The notes under the pieces: model-generated
What the model saw: the letters and a program-made list of their open reading frames with translations, nothing else
Told to the model about the DNA's origin: nothing
Databases searched by the model: none
Shown: piece by piece, positions 8,573 to 18,461 of the stretch
How positions within the stretch are numbered: position 1 is the first letter of the stretch
How the letters are laid out: every line of letters begins with the position of its first letter
Origin: an uncultured bacterium
GTDB taxonomy: Bacteria; Omnitrophota; Omnitrophia; Omnitrophales; Aquincolibacteriaceae
Direction of reading: 5' to 3'
Assembly (NCBI GenBank): GCA_964445745.1
Contig: CAYULU010000004.1
Span: 3,445-66,162, forward strand
DNA: 62,718 nucleotides
Made by a program: the position numbers and the translations under genes

Positions 8573-9757
8573 TTACTGGTGCGTAAGGTAGTTTTCGAAG
8601 AGGTCACCTTCAAGAACAAGCCGGGCACGAATTCTTTTCAAGGCCACCGCCTCGAGCTGACGAATCCGTTCCCGCGTCACATTGAAATGTTGAGCCACTT
8701 CCTCAAGAGTGTGCGGGTCATGCTCCCCAAACCCAAATCGCAAAGTGAGGATTTTTCGTTCCCGATCATCCAGATGGTTCAGGAGCTTTTGAATTCTTTC
8801 GCTCTTCAGGACTTCAGCCACCTGGGAATCCGGTTTATTGGCAACATCATCCTCGATGAGATCAATGAGCTCTGCGGTCCCGTCAAGACTGATCGGTGTG
8901 TTAAGCGAACTGGGTTTATTCGCGATGTTTTCAATTTCACGGACCTTCGCGACCGGAATTTCAAGCACCTTGGCAATCTCACGCCGCGTGGGAGGTCGAT
9001 TAAGCCTCTGGGTTAAAGCATCGCGGACTCGCCGCCACTTGGCAATGATATCGTACATGTAGACCGGAATACGAATCGTCTTTCCATGATTGGAAAGGGA
9101 ACGCATCATCCCCTGCTTAATCCACCAGGACGCATAGGTCGAAAACCGGTATCCCCGTTTCGGATCAAACTTCTCAACCGCGCGCATTAAGCCAATATTG
9201 CCTTCTTCCACCAGATCCGAAAAAGGCAGTCCCATATGCGTGTAACGTTTGGCAATGGCAATCACGAGACGGAGATTCGAACGGATCATGTGATGGCGGG
9301 CCTCTTCTCCCTTTCGGCCCCCCCCATGCGCAAGATTCGACAACGATATTTCCTCCTCCGGCGTCAAAAGAGGGATGTGCTCGATTTGATCCAGATAAAT
9401 TTTCATCGCGGTGCGATCGAGCGTCTGATCACTCGAATCTTCGGAATTGTGATCGTCAGGCTCATCCCCCCCGCGAAGTTTCTTCCTGCGCTCCCCCACT
9501 GTCTCAAGGAGAGATTCCTTCTTGATAAGGTTCGAAGCTTCCTCTTGAAACGCTTTTTCTTTTAGAAGGAGTTTTTCCGTTTTGCTTTTACCGGAGGGAC
9601 GCAAACTTTCGGACGGAGACGACTTGGAACTGAGGTGGGAGCGGCGAGCCACAAGTCGGGACCGCCTAGAGCGGTGCCGTCTTGTTTTTTTCTGAGTACG
9701 CCGTTTTTTAAACCGGTGAACAGAACCGGTTTTCTTTTTTTTATTTTTTCCTGCCAT
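8573..9757 (-). CDS. RNA polymerase sigma-70 family factor (RpoD/RpoS-like) with K/R-rich N-terminal extension
   Basis: Region 1.2 YLDQIEHIPLL, region 2 NLRLVIAIAKRY..DLVEEGNIGL..FDPKRGYRFSTYASWWI, region 4 TLEEVA..FNVTRERIRQLE. Start placed at ATG 9757. Confidence 0.93.
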   Translation of the reverse strand: MAGKNKKKKTGSVHRFKKRRTQKKTRRHRSRRSRLVARRSHLSSKSSPSESLRPSGKSKTEKLLLKEKAFQEEASNLIKKESLLETVGERRKKLRGGDEPDDHNSEDSSDQTLDRTAMKIYLDQIEHIPLLTPEEEISLSNLAHGGGRKGEEARHHMIRSNLRLVIAIAKRYTHMGLPFSDLVEEGNIGLMRAVEKFDPKRGYRFSTYASWWIKQGMMRSLSNHGKTIRIPVYMYDIIAKWRRVRDALTQRLNRPPTRREIAKVLEIPVAKVREIENIANKPSSLNTPISLDGTAELIDLIEDDVANKPDSQVAEVLKSERIQKLLNHLDDRERKILTLRFGFGEHDPHTLEEVAQHFNVTRERIRQLEAVALKRIRARLVLEGDLFENYLTHQ

Positions 9758-9795
9758 GAGAGCCGTTAGATGATATCTCTCGCCTGCTAGCGTTA

Positions 9796-9833
9796 TCTCC
9801 GGAAGGTCAGAGTTTCCTCTGACCTTCCGGAGA
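9796..9833 (-). terminator. Perfect 17-bp hairpin downstream of ppdK
   Basis: TCTCCGGAAGGTCAGAG / CTCTGACCTTCCGGAGA with a 4-nt loop (GAAA on the minus strand). No U-tract. Confidence 0.5.
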
Positions 9834-9856
9834 ATCAATGGTTTAAAAATCGGTGC

Positions 9857-12550
9857 TTATTTCTTTCCTCGAAGCGCTGCCTGGGCCGCCGCAAGCCGTG
9901 CGATCGGCACACGATACGGCGAGCAACTGACATAATTCATCCCGACCCGGTGACAAAAATCAACCGAATCCGGATCTCCACCATGCTCACCGCAAATTCC
10001 GATTTTTAGGTCTTTCCTTGTTTTACGGCCTTTCTCGACCGCCAAACGGACCAAGGAACCGACTCCTTCTTCATCAATGGACTGAAACACATCTTTCTCG
10101 AAAATATTCTGTTCGAGATACGCGCCCATGAAGTGTCCGGAATCATCACGTGAAAACCCGAGGGTCATCTGCGTCAGATCGTTCGTCCCAAACGAGAAAA
10201 ACTCCGCCGTTTCAGCAACACGATCCGCGGTCAACGCCGCTCGCGGAACTTCAATCATCGTTCCGATCATGTAATCAACCTTGGTCTTCTTTTCCTCAAA
10301 AACCTTGTTGATCACTCCAACCGAAAGGTCCTTCAGAATATCAAGTTCCTTTTTAGTCCCGATGAGGGGGATCATGATTTCGGGAATCACTTTAATTCCC
10401 TTTTTCTTGAGATTGCAAGCCGCTTCAATAATCGCACGGACCTGCATGGCGTAAATCTCCGGGTAGGTGATCCCAAGACGACAGCCGCGATGCCCCAGCA
10501 TCGGATTGAACTCGTGCAAGGCATTGACTTTGTTCTTAATGACATCCACCGGCACATTCATGATCTGCGCCATTTCCATCTGGTTTTCATTTTCCTGCGG
10601 GAGGAATTCATGAAGCGGCGGATCCAGCAAACGGATCGTTACGGGAAATCCCTTCATCGCCTCAAAAATACCTTCAAAATCTTCGCGTTGCATCGGGAGA
10701 AGTTTGGCAAGCGCCTTTTCGCGTCCCGCCGTGTCATCGGCTAAAATCATTTCGCGAACGGCAATGATCCGGTCTCCCTCAAAGAACATATGTTCCGTCC
10801 GGCAAAGACCAATCCCTTCAGCGCCAAACTTGCGGGCCACGGTCGCATCAAGCGGCGTGTCACCGTTCGTTCGAACTTTAAGAACGCGAACGCCATCCGC
10901 CCACTTCATAAGGATCCCGAAGTCCCCGGAAAGCGTCGGCTCAATGGTATTGAGTTTGCCTTCGTAAACGTAACCCAGCGTCCCGTCAAGGGAGATAAAA
11001 TCCCCTTCTTTCACGGTCACTTTCCCGGCGGTAAACTGCTTCGCCTTGTAATCAATGTTAATGCCGCTCACTCCCGCCACACAGCATTTCCCCATCCCGC
11101 GGGCAACCACCGCCGCGTGCGACGTCATGCCGCCGCGCGAGGTCAAAATACCGGCCGCGACGTTCATCCCGCCGATATCTTCCGGCGAAGTTTCAATACG
11201 GACGAGAATCACGGTCTCCCCCTTCTTCGCCCACACTTCCGCTTCATCAGCGGTAAACACCACCTTACCGGTTGCGGCACCCGGAGAGGCCGGGAGACCC
11301 GTTGCAATCGGCTGTTTTGTTTTTTGCTGTTTGGGGTCAAACATCGGATGGAGCAATTGATCCAGCTGTTTGGGAGCGACCCGAAGAATCGCATCTTTCT
11401 GAGAGATCATTTTTTCCTTCACCATTTCCACCGCGGTACGAACCGACGCGGCCGCCGTGCGCTTTCCGCTACGAGTTTGAAGGATGTAAAGTTTCCCTTC
11501 CTGAATGGTAAATTCAATATCCTGCATGTCCCGATAATGCCGCTCGAGACGCAACCGGATGGTATCAAGTTGTTTATACACCGTCGGCCATTTTTGCGCG
11601 AGCACGGAAATCGGTTCCGGGGTCCGGATCCCAGCCACAACGTCCTCACCCTGTGCGTTCACAAGATACTCACCGTAAAACTTATTCTCACCGGTCGAAG
11701 GGTTACGGGTAAAACAAACGCCCGTTCCGGAGGTTTCCCCCATGTTGCCAAACACCATCGCCTGAACGTTCACTGCCGTACCAAGCAACCCGCGGATTTC
11801 ATTGATCTGGCGATACTTGAGCGCACGCGGGCAATTCCAGGAATTAAACACCGCGTTCACGGCTTTCACCAATTGATCAAACGGATCCTGGGGAAACTCT
11901 TCTCCCGTGTGATCCTGATAGACTTTTTTATACTGACGGACAACCTCTTTCAGGTCATTGGCGTTCAGGTCGGTATCAGTCTTCGCGCCAACCTGCTGTT
12001 TTTTCTTTTCAAGCACATGCTCGAAATCATCGTGCGGTACTTCCATCACGACATCGCCGAACATCTGGATAAAACGACGATAAGAATCCCAGGCAAAGCG
12101 TTCATTCTCGGTCTTGACAATGAGCCCCTGCACAACATCGGCATTCAGACCCAGGTTCAGGACTGTATCCATCATGCCCGGCATCGAAACCGCCGCGCCG
12201 GAACGGACAGAAACGAGAAGCGGATTGTTCCGGTCACCAAATTTAAGCCCCATCGCTTTTTCGAGTTTAACGATATTGTCACGAACCTGCTGTTCAAGAC
12301 CCACCGGCCATTTTTTTTCGTTCCGGTAGAACAGATCGCACGTTTCAGTGGTAATCGTAAAACCGGCAGGAACCGGGACGCCGAGGTTGGTCATTTCCGC
12401 AAGGTTTGCTCCCTTGCCGCCCAAGAGTTGTTTCATCTTGGCATCACCTTCGGCCTTACCGGCACCAAAAAAATAAACGTATTTAGACTTGGAAGATTTG
12501 GATTTTTTGGAACCTGACTTGCCGGATTTCCTACACGTAGCGGTACTCAT
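9857..12550 (-). CDS. ppdK: Pyruvate, phosphate dikinase
   Basis: GGKGANLAEM, SVRSGA..SMPGMMDTVLNLG, GGMTSHAAVVARG (phospho-His), GLCRTEHMF, FSFGTNDLTQ, ICGEHGGDP. Confidence 0.99.
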   Translation of the reverse strand: MSTATCRKSGKSGSKKSKSSKSKYVYFFGAGKAEGDAKMKQLLGGKGANLAEMTNLGVPVPAGFTITTETCDLFYRNEKKWPVGLEQQVRDNIVKLEKAMGLKFGDRNNPLLVSVRSGAAVSMPGMMDTVLNLGLNADVVQGLIVKTENERFAWDSYRRFIQMFGDVVMEVPHDDFEHVLEKKKQQVGAKTDTDLNANDLKEVVRQYKKVYQDHTGEEFPQDPFDQLVKAVNAVFNSWNCPRALKYRQINEIRGLLGTAVNVQAMVFGNMGETSGTGVCFTRNPSTGENKFYGEYLVNAQGEDVVAGIRTPEPISVLAQKWPTVYKQLDTIRLRLERHYRDMQDIEFTIQEGKLYILQTRSGKRTAAASVRTAVEMVKEKMISQKDAILRVAPKQLDQLLHPMFDPKQQKTKQPIATGLPASPGAATGKVVFTADEAEVWAKKGETVILVRIETSPEDIGGMNVAAGILTSRGGMTSHAAVVARGMGKCCVAGVSGINIDYKAKQFTAGKVTVKEGDFISLDGTLGYVYEGKLNTIEPTLSGDFGILMKWADGVRVLKVRTNGDTPLDATVARKFGAEGIGLCRTEHMFFEGDRIIAVREMILADDTAGREKALAKLLPMQREDFEGIFEAMKGFPVTIRLLDPPLHEFLPQENENQMEMAQIMNVPVDVIKNKVNALHEFNPMLGHRGCRLGITYPEIYAMQVRAIIEAACNLKKKGIKVIPEIMIPLIGTKKELDILKDLSVGVINKVFEEKKTKVDYMIGTMIEVPRAALTADRVAETAEFFSFGTNDLTQMTLGFSRDDSGHFMGAYLEQNIFEKDVFQSIDEEGVGSLVRLAVEKGRKTRKDLKIGICGEHGGDPDSVDFCHRVGMNYVSCSPYRVPIARLAAAQAALRGKK

Positions 12551-12700
12551 GGTGTTTCTTTCACTCCTTATAATCGTCCAGTGCCCTCGCCTCTGAAAGA
12601 CGAAACCATGGACTTGTTGGTTATTGAATGCAGTTTTAATTTACCCCTTCGACTGACCCGCACGGGGTTTCAGGTAGGGCAAAGAAGAGCGTGAATTATA

Positions 12701-14800
12701 TCACTCTTCGTCAAGTCTGGATAGCAAAGAAAGGTCGGCCAGCTTCCCCGTATAAATACGGTTCACCGAACCCACAAGCGCCATCCGGTTATCCCGGACC
12801 GATGCCTCCTCCGTATTCACAAGCACGTGATCAAAAAAGTCGTGGAGCGGATGAGAGAATATCTGCGCAAACAACTCAGTCCCCTCCTCATACGCCCCGC
12901 TTTCGATCAGCCCGGAAACTTCCTTAGCCTTCAGACGAATGATTTCATACAGACTTTTTTCCTGGTCCTCCGCGAAAAGCTCCGGTCTAATTTCTCCCGG
13001 AGTTTTCCCGTATCCCTTTAACATATTAGCCGTCCGCTGAATAACTTTTGCGGCCCGGACAAGAACTTTTTCATCCATGCTACTCAACACCTCGTACCTT
13101 TTGAATACATCCGCGACATCATCAAAATGAGACTTCATGACCGCCTGCAAAATTTCAAACTCCCGGGTGCCAGGTTTCACTCCGGATTCAAACACCGTTC
13201 GGTCCTGAAGAAATTTGAGAATCCTCTCGGTCAGCTTTTCTTTTTTATTCAAACGATCCCCGTAAAGCTCGATATTGACCTTCATCATTCCCGACAGGGA
13301 AAAACGCAACTCAAACGCACGGATCAGCTTCACAATCGCGCCTCCGGCGCGCCTCAAGGCAAACGGATCTTGGCTCCCGGTCGGTTCAATCCCGGTTCCA
13401 AAAGCACCCACCAAGAGATCAAGTCGGTCCATAATCCCAAAAAGGGCACCCAGCAAGGTCATGGAGCGCGCCACCGCCTTATGATCCTCCGAAAGATTTT
13501 TCGGGAGATATTGGGTCCCTATCGCAAAAGCCACAGGTTCATTCTCACCAGCCTCGAGCGCATACTCACGCCCCACAATCCCCTGAAGATCCGGCATTTC
13601 ATAAACCAGATGGGTCATGAGGTCAATTTTGGAAAGACAGGCCGTGCGCGCAAGATCGTCCGCGAGATCCTTCTTCCCCGCCATGTCCGAAAAAACAGGC
13701 GCGAGATTCTCAAGCCGCTCTGTTTTTTCAAGCACCGAGCCAAGCTTGCCCAGATACACGAGCTGGCTCAAAAGTCCTTTTTTGGATTCCAGTTTTTCCC
13801 GGGTATCAGCTTCATAAAAATACCGGGCATCTTTCAACCGGGATTCCAGGACACTCTCATAATCCGTTTTAATTTTCGCAAGTCCCGACCGCTTTCCGTT
13901 CATCACCGCGACAAAGCGGTTTAAAGGCCGGCCCTTCGAATCGTAACAGGCAAAGGTTTTCTGGTTCTTCTTCATGCAACTCGCAAGCACCTCGGCCGGA
14001 AGATCGAGGTACTCCTGAGAAAAAACACCCTGGATCGGGAACGGCTCTTCCGTCAGATGGGCGTTGATATGAACCAATTCTTCATCGATCTGTTTTTGCT
14101 GAAAGCGGCCTTTCAATGCCTGTCGGATCAGACTTTCACGAGTGTCAAGACTCAAGAGGACATGTTTCCTTTTAAGGAGTGCGACATACAACTTCCAGTC
14201 GGCCCGGGGAATGGCAAAGGCCTGTGGGGCAAGAAACCGGTGGCCGAAGCTCTGGTTGCCTGCGTTAACATCTGCGATCCGCAGAGGCATTTTTCTAGAA
14301 TCCATCAGCGCCACAAGCCAGCGGATGGGACGCGGAAACCGGAATCCGGACTGGTCCCATCGCATGAATTTTGAAAATCCGAGCGACGCGATCACGTCTT
14401 TCAGAATTTCCGGGAAGATCACGGCAATGGCGTTGCCCTTCTCGTGTTTTTTGAGGAAGATAAATTTCCCTTTGGGAGTATCGCGGATCTCGATATCCTC
14501 CTCAGACGCCTGCTTGCTCCTAAGGAAACCTTGCAACACCGCCGTCGGTTTGCCCTGTGCATCGAAACATTTTTCCCGGGACGGCCCCGAAATCTCGACG
14601 GTACGATCCTGTTGCCGGGAAGCGATCCCTCCGGCAAAAATCGCGATCCGTCGCGGAGTCGCCTCAACCCTGACCTCGTTAAAGGCAATTCGTTCGTCAA
14701 CCAGTTTTTGGCGAAGCTTCACCGCCAGCTCGTCGTAAACGGTATCGATAACCGCCGCCGGCAATTCCTCCGTTCCGATTTCGATGAGAATGTTCGACAT
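12701..14800 (-). CDS. glyS: Glycine--tRNA ligase beta subunit
   Basis: EIGTEELP, TPRRIA, FPRPIRWLVAL, RLKDARYFY, VYEMPDLQGIVG, TGSQDPFALRR; directly after glyQ. Confidence 0.97.
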   Translation of the reverse strand: MSNILIEIGTEELPAAVIDTVYDELAVKLRQKLVDERIAFNEVRVEATPRRIAIFAGGIASRQQDRTVEISGPSREKCFDAQGKPTAVLQGFLRSKQASEEDIEIRDTPKGKFIFLKKHEKGNAIAVIFPEILKDVIASLGFSKFMRWDQSGFRFPRPIRWLVALMDSRKMPLRIADVNAGNQSFGHRFLAPQAFAIPRADWKLYVALLKRKHVLLSLDTRESLIRQALKGRFQQKQIDEELVHINAHLTEEPFPIQGVFSQEYLDLPAEVLASCMKKNQKTFACYDSKGRPLNRFVAVMNGKRSGLAKIKTDYESVLESRLKDARYFYEADTREKLESKKGLLSQLVYLGKLGSVLEKTERLENLAPVFSDMAGKKDLADDLARTACLSKIDLMTHLVYEMPDLQGIVGREYALEAGENEPVAFAIGTQYLPKNLSEDHKAVARSMTLLGALFGIMDRLDLLVGAFGTGIEPTGSQDPFALRRAGGAIVKLIRAFELRFSLSGMMKVNIELYGDRLNKKEKLTERILKFLQDRTVFESGVKPGTREFEILQAVMKSHFDDVADVFKRYEVLSSMDEKVLVRAAKVIQRTANMLKGYGKTPGEIRPELFAEDQEKSLYEIIRLKAKEVSGLIESGAYEEGTELFAQIFSHPLHDFFDHVLVNTEEASVRDNRMALVGSVNRIYTGKLADLSLLSRLDEE

Positions 14801-14802
14801 GT

Positions 14803-15717
14803 TCAGTCTCTCGCCACCCGTCGTTTGTTTTTGGCCTTCGTTTTAAGAAGCGGGAAACCTTGAGCTTCACGGCTCTTGAGATATCCTTCGGCACATTTTC
14901 TCGCCAGCGCACGGACCCGGGCAATGTAGCGAGGACGTTCATTAACGCTCACCGCTCCCCTGGCATCCAGCAAATTAAAAGTATGTGAGGTTTTAAGACA
15001 GCAGTCATAAGCAGGCAGGACCATTCCCTCTTCAATCAACCGCGTGGCCTGTTTTTCATAATCCTCGAAATGTCTTTTGTAAATCTCCGGATCCGCCCCC
15101 TCGAAATTAAATTTCGAAAACTCTTTTTCACCCTGCAAATGCACGTCCCCGTAAGTCACCCGGTCATTCCACTGGATATCAAAAAGCGAATCCTTCTTTT
15201 GCAAAAACATCGCGATCCGCTCCAGTCCGTAAGTAATCTCGCAGGACACAACATCCAGGTCGATCGAACCGCATTGCTGAAAATAGGTAAATTGTGTAAT
15301 CTCAAGGCTGTCGAGCCAGACTTCCCATCCAAGCCCCCAGGCCCCGAGCGTTGGCGATTCCCAGTCATCTTCGACAAACCGGATATCATGCGAAAGCGCG
15401 TTAATCCCGACCGCGCGAAGACTCCCGAGATAAAGCTCCTGAACATTGGCGGGAGAAGGTTTCAGAATGACCTGGTACTGATAATAGTGCTGAGTCCTGT
15501 GGGGATTTTCTCCGTAGCGTCCATCCGTCGGCCGGCGCGAGGGTTCCACGTAAGCGGCTTTCCATGGTTCAGGACCGAGCGCACGAAGAAAGGTATGAGG
15601 AGAAAATGTACCGGCACCAACCTCAAGGTCATAAGGTTGCATCACAAGGCAACCCTGGCGCGCCCAATATTGGTTGAGCGTTTGTATTAACTGCTGAAAA
15701 CTCAATGGCTTAGGCAT
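14803..15717 (-). CDS. glyQ: Glycine--tRNA ligase alpha subunit
   Basis: [55 protein letters not shown]. Confidence 0.99.
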   Translation of the reverse strand: MPKPLSFQQLIQTLNQYWARQGCLVMQPYDLEVGAGTFSPHTFLRALGPEPWKAAYVEPSRRPTDGRYGENPHRTQHYYQYQVILKPSPANVQELYLGSLRAVGINALSHDIRFVEDDWESPTLGAWGLGWEVWLDSLEITQFTYFQQCGSIDLDVVSCEITYGLERIAMFLQKKDSLFDIQWNDRVTYGDVHLQGEKEFSKFNFEGADPEIYKRHFEDYEKQATRLIEEGMVLPAYDCCLKTSHTFNLLDARGAVSVNERPRYIARVRALARKCAEGYLKSREAQGFPLLKTKAKNKRRVARD

Positions 15718-15779
15718 CTTTTATACCGGGCTTTCACTCTCGAAATAATTCTCTCAAAAGGAAGGATCAAAGTTGCGGG

Positions 15780-15808
15780 ATTGTATCAAAAAGGATGATC
15801 TGAAGCAA
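15780..15808 (-). promoter_or_regulatory. Sigma-70 promoter of glyQS
   Basis: Minus strand TTGCTT, 17 nt spacer, TACAAT, about 60 nt before the glyQ start. Confidence 0.55.
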
Positions 15809-15873
15809 GCAAAGGCCAGCCCAAAAAATCCGGCTACACTCCCAATAACCCTCTCACTCTTTTCTTGATAAAG

Positions 15874-16038
15874 TTCCGGGGACACATACTTAATTGCACC
15901 CTCAGGGTGATTGGGTCGGGAAAACTCACCGACCCCTCACTTTAATTAGAGGATAGATAGTGTGTCCTGCCTTTGATACGATGCCTACCCTGACGAAACG
16001 TAGCTGCGGAAGATCAGTGAAGTGACGTGTCCCCGGAA
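15874..16038. repeat. Palindromic REPIN/MITE-like element, family A copy 1 (with an insertion)
   Basis: TTCCGGGGACAC (15874-15885) ... GTGTCCCCGGAA (16027-16038). Interior homologous to copies 2 and 3, plus ~45 nt extra at 15896-15940. Confidence 0.85.
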
Positions 16039-16093
16039 ATTACAGAAATTACATTCACCCTGTCCCTTCGGTACCGGCGTCCGGTTTGTGATT

Positions 16094-16966
16094 TCAAACT
16101 GTTAAAAAGGCTCGGAGGGTGTTCAAATAAAGCTCCGTTTTTTCAAGGTGATGCATGTGGGAAGCGTCTTCGATAACGAGGAACTGTGAGCCAGGCATTT
16201 CCTTATGAAAATATTCGGTCGACTCCGGGGAAGCTTCATCGTAACGGCCGCACGTAAAAAGCGCTGGCACTTTGATGTCTTTCAGAAGGGACGAGCGTTC
16301 ATAATTTTTAAGCGTCCCGGTGATCGTAAACTCACTCGGTCCCCACATCGACTTATAAACCTCGGCGCCCAAATGCTCAAAAGTTTTTTGAACGCATTCC
16401 GGCCAGGGATCCATACGGCATAAATGTTTCCGGTAAAACGCCATCATAGCCGCTTGATATTCCGGCGAATCAAAACGCCCGGTTTCTTCGCCGGCCAGGA
16501 TCGCCTTTTGATCTTTTTCTTCCATCGTGTCGATGAGACGTCTGCAATCATTCCGCCAGCGGGACACACTTAAACAAGGCGACGATAGAATAAGACTCAC
16601 GATGCCTTCCGGTCCGTGTGTCAGCATATAATCCACGGCCAGCATCGTCCCCCAGGATTGCCCGAGAAGATGTAATTTTCTTAAAGCCAGTTTCTTCCGG
16701 AGGATGTCCAGCTCCTCGACAAAACGCTCCATCGTCCATAGCGGATCATTCCGCGGCCTGTCGGAATTACCACAGCCAAGTTGATCATAGAAGATTACCG
16801 GTCTGTCGGCGGCAAGGGCCTTCAGAGGATCGAGGTAATAATGCGGCGCGCCGGGGCCTCCGTGCAACACAAGAAGCGGGACCTTCGGCTTATCGGCGCC
16901 GCTTATTTCATACCAGATCTTTCCCCCGGGGACTTCAATGTATCCTTCGCGAGATATCTCAGTCAT
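16094..16966 (-). CDS. Proline iminopeptidase family alpha/beta hydrolase
   Basis: LHGGPG, YDQLGCGNS, GQSWG nucleophile elbow, GRYDE, ASHMHH. Confidence 0.9.
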   Translation of the reverse strand: MTEISREGYIEVPGGKIWYEISGADKPKVPLLVLHGGPGAPHYYLDPLKALAADRPVIFYDQLGCGNSDRPRNDPLWTMERFVEELDILRKKLALRKLHLLGQSWGTMLAVDYMLTHGPEGIVSLILSSPCLSVSRWRNDCRRLIDTMEEKDQKAILAGEETGRFDSPEYQAAMMAFYRKHLCRMDPWPECVQKTFEHLGAEVYKSMWGPSEFTITGTLKNYERSSLLKDIKVPALFTCGRYDEASPESTEYFHKEMPGSQFLVIEDASHMHHLEKTELYLNTLRAFLTV

Positions 16967-17006
16967 TTTTTAAAGGCCTTTTTATCGTTCATCACTTATC
17001 CATCAC

Positions 17007-17618
17007 TTAAGACAGTGAATGGTTTACGTTTTTTCGCATCGCGTAAAACTTCTCGCGGGAACCCGGGACCGCCATTTCCCGCGTGACCTCAAAACCCCAG
17101 TGCTCGTACTTGCGCACATTCAGAAGACTTTGCGTGATAAGCGTACACGGCAAACCTTCCTTCGCGGCTCGTTCCATCATCGGTCTCAAAAGACGCGAAG
17201 CATGACCTTGGCCATGAAATGGGGGCGGCACGGCGATCAGGTGCAGGTACCATTGAGGTTCGTCGCCAAGATGCAGGGTCAGCGTACCGATCACATGGTT
17301 GACCGCCTCGAGTCGCGCCATAGTTCCCCGATTTTTGAAATCTTTTTCGGAAAGCGGGTCTGGCTCCTTATCCTCCGAATGGTCCATGCCCGGCGGAAAC
17401 CATATACTCACCGCTTCAAGTTTTTCCGAGGACGCCTGCCTCACGGCCCGGGGCGAGCACGCAGTCACAAGCGAACGAAAAAACCGCCGTTTCAACTCGA
17501 GATGTCCCGGCTCGTTCTGAAATATGAAATGACCGATCGGATCATCGGCGCCGGAAAAAGCGTCCGCGGACACCTCCGCCATCGCGTCGATCCGGTTCAG
17601 AGGAATTTCATACGGCAT
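17007..17618 (-). CDS. GNAT family N-acetyltransferase
   Basis: WYLHLIAV.P.FHGQGHASRLL (motif A), NVRKYEHWGF. Confidence 0.88.
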   Translation of the reverse strand: MPYEIPLNRIDAMAEVSADAFSGADDPIGHFIFQNEPGHLELKRRFFRSLVTACSPRAVRQASSEKLEAVSIWFPPGMDHSEDKEPDPLSEKDFKNRGTMARLEAVNHVIGTLTLHLGDEPQWYLHLIAVPPPFHGQGHASRLLRPMMERAAKEGLPCTLITQSLLNVRKYEHWGFEVTREMAVPGSREKFYAMRKNVNHSLS

Positions 17619-17630
17619 CAGAAGTCCTTT

Positions 17631-17789
17631 TTAGGAAATTTTGTTTTTTAGTAACCAAACACCCGCGGGCAAACAAACCAAAAGCGTGACAATGTTGTAG
17701 ACCGCCCAAAAAGCGTCATTTTTCAATACCATTCCCACTAACGTCAAACCCGCCAGCACGAGCAGTAGCATACCGATCTTCTTGTTCAT
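17631..17789 (-). CDS. Small two-TM membrane protein (52 aa), not in the supplied ORF track
   Basis: Manual translation MNKKIGMLLLVLAGLTLVGMVLKNDAFWAVYNIVTLLVCLPAGVWLLKNKIS; GGGAGG upstream; fills the gap in a co-oriented operon. Confidence 0.7.
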   Translation of the reverse strand: MNKKIGMLLLVLAGLTLVGMVLKNDAFWAVYNIVTLLVCLPAGVWLLKNKIS

Positions 17790-17939
17790 CCCTTTCACCC
17801 TCCCGTAGTTTTAAGTATTTTTCGAAGCAGATTAAACTTTTCACATTGAGATTCACGTCGTTTCTTATACAAAATACGGCACTTTAATCAAAAAACGAAG
17901 GATCTGGACAGAATATCTGAGGCGGTAGTGGGGGCTATA

Positions 17940-18055
17940 ATTCCGGGGACACATTACTTAATTCGAGAAGTGATAATAACCTTCGGTTGATACTGGGATG
18001 CCTGCCCTGACAGGATTTAGCGACAGGAAATAATTAAGTAATGTGTCCCCGGAAT
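17940..18055. repeat. Palindromic REPIN/MITE-like element, family A copy 2
   Basis: Perfect 24-bp inverted repeat ATTCCGGGGACACATTACTTAATT (17940-17963) / AATTAAGTAATGTGTCCCCGGAAT (18032-18055). Confidence 0.9.
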
Positions 18056-18110
18056 CTTTACCTTGGGTATCCGGAACCATTCTTAGGCGCGTTTGCGTGT
18101 TTATTTTGAA

Positions 18111-18461
18111 TTACCAGAAAAACCACTTTTTTGATTTTTTGCCAACGGGAACGACAACAGCCACATCATTGGCTACATTCCCGCTGTTCCCGGATGTGCT
18201 TACGGAAACAAAATCGGCATCAGCAGTTTCGCGGGTGTATACCGTCACAGCTTGATTCTGCCCTTTTCCCGATCCGGTAACGGCATCCCATGTCACATTC
18301 GCGTAAGGGTCCGGTTTATCAGCTTTTTCACTTCCTACGCTTTTCTGAGCTTCAGTCTCAACCGGTCGAGATACCTTCTCCTGCAAAACTTCCTCACAAT
18401 AAACTGCCGGGATTATCGAACAAATCAACAAGCTAAAAAGAAGACTGGCTCTAACGCCCAT
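18111..18461 (-). CDS. Hypothetical secreted protein
   Basis: Signal-peptide-like MGVRASLLFSLLICSIIPAVYC, acidic and Ser/Gly/Val-rich body, C-terminal KKSKKWFFW. Start set at ATG 18461, overlapping the previous stop. Confidence 0.65.
   Translation of the reverse strand: MGVRASLLFSLLICSIIPAVYCEEVLQEKVSRPVETEAQKSVGSEKADKPDPYANVTWDAVTGSGKGQNQAVTVYTRETADADFVSVSTSGNSGNVANDVAVVVPVGKKSKKWFFW

Noticed and set aside
10790-12517. 575-aa plus-strand ORF
   Set aside because: Antisense shadow of ppdK with no recognisable motifs. The same applies to 4526-5383, 13127-13924, 23538-24569, 36823-37752, 52657-53400, 58029-58787 and similar ORFs.
15718-15810. T-box riboswitch upstream of glyQS
   Set aside because: The predicted leader is only about 55 nt and no T-box consensus is visible.
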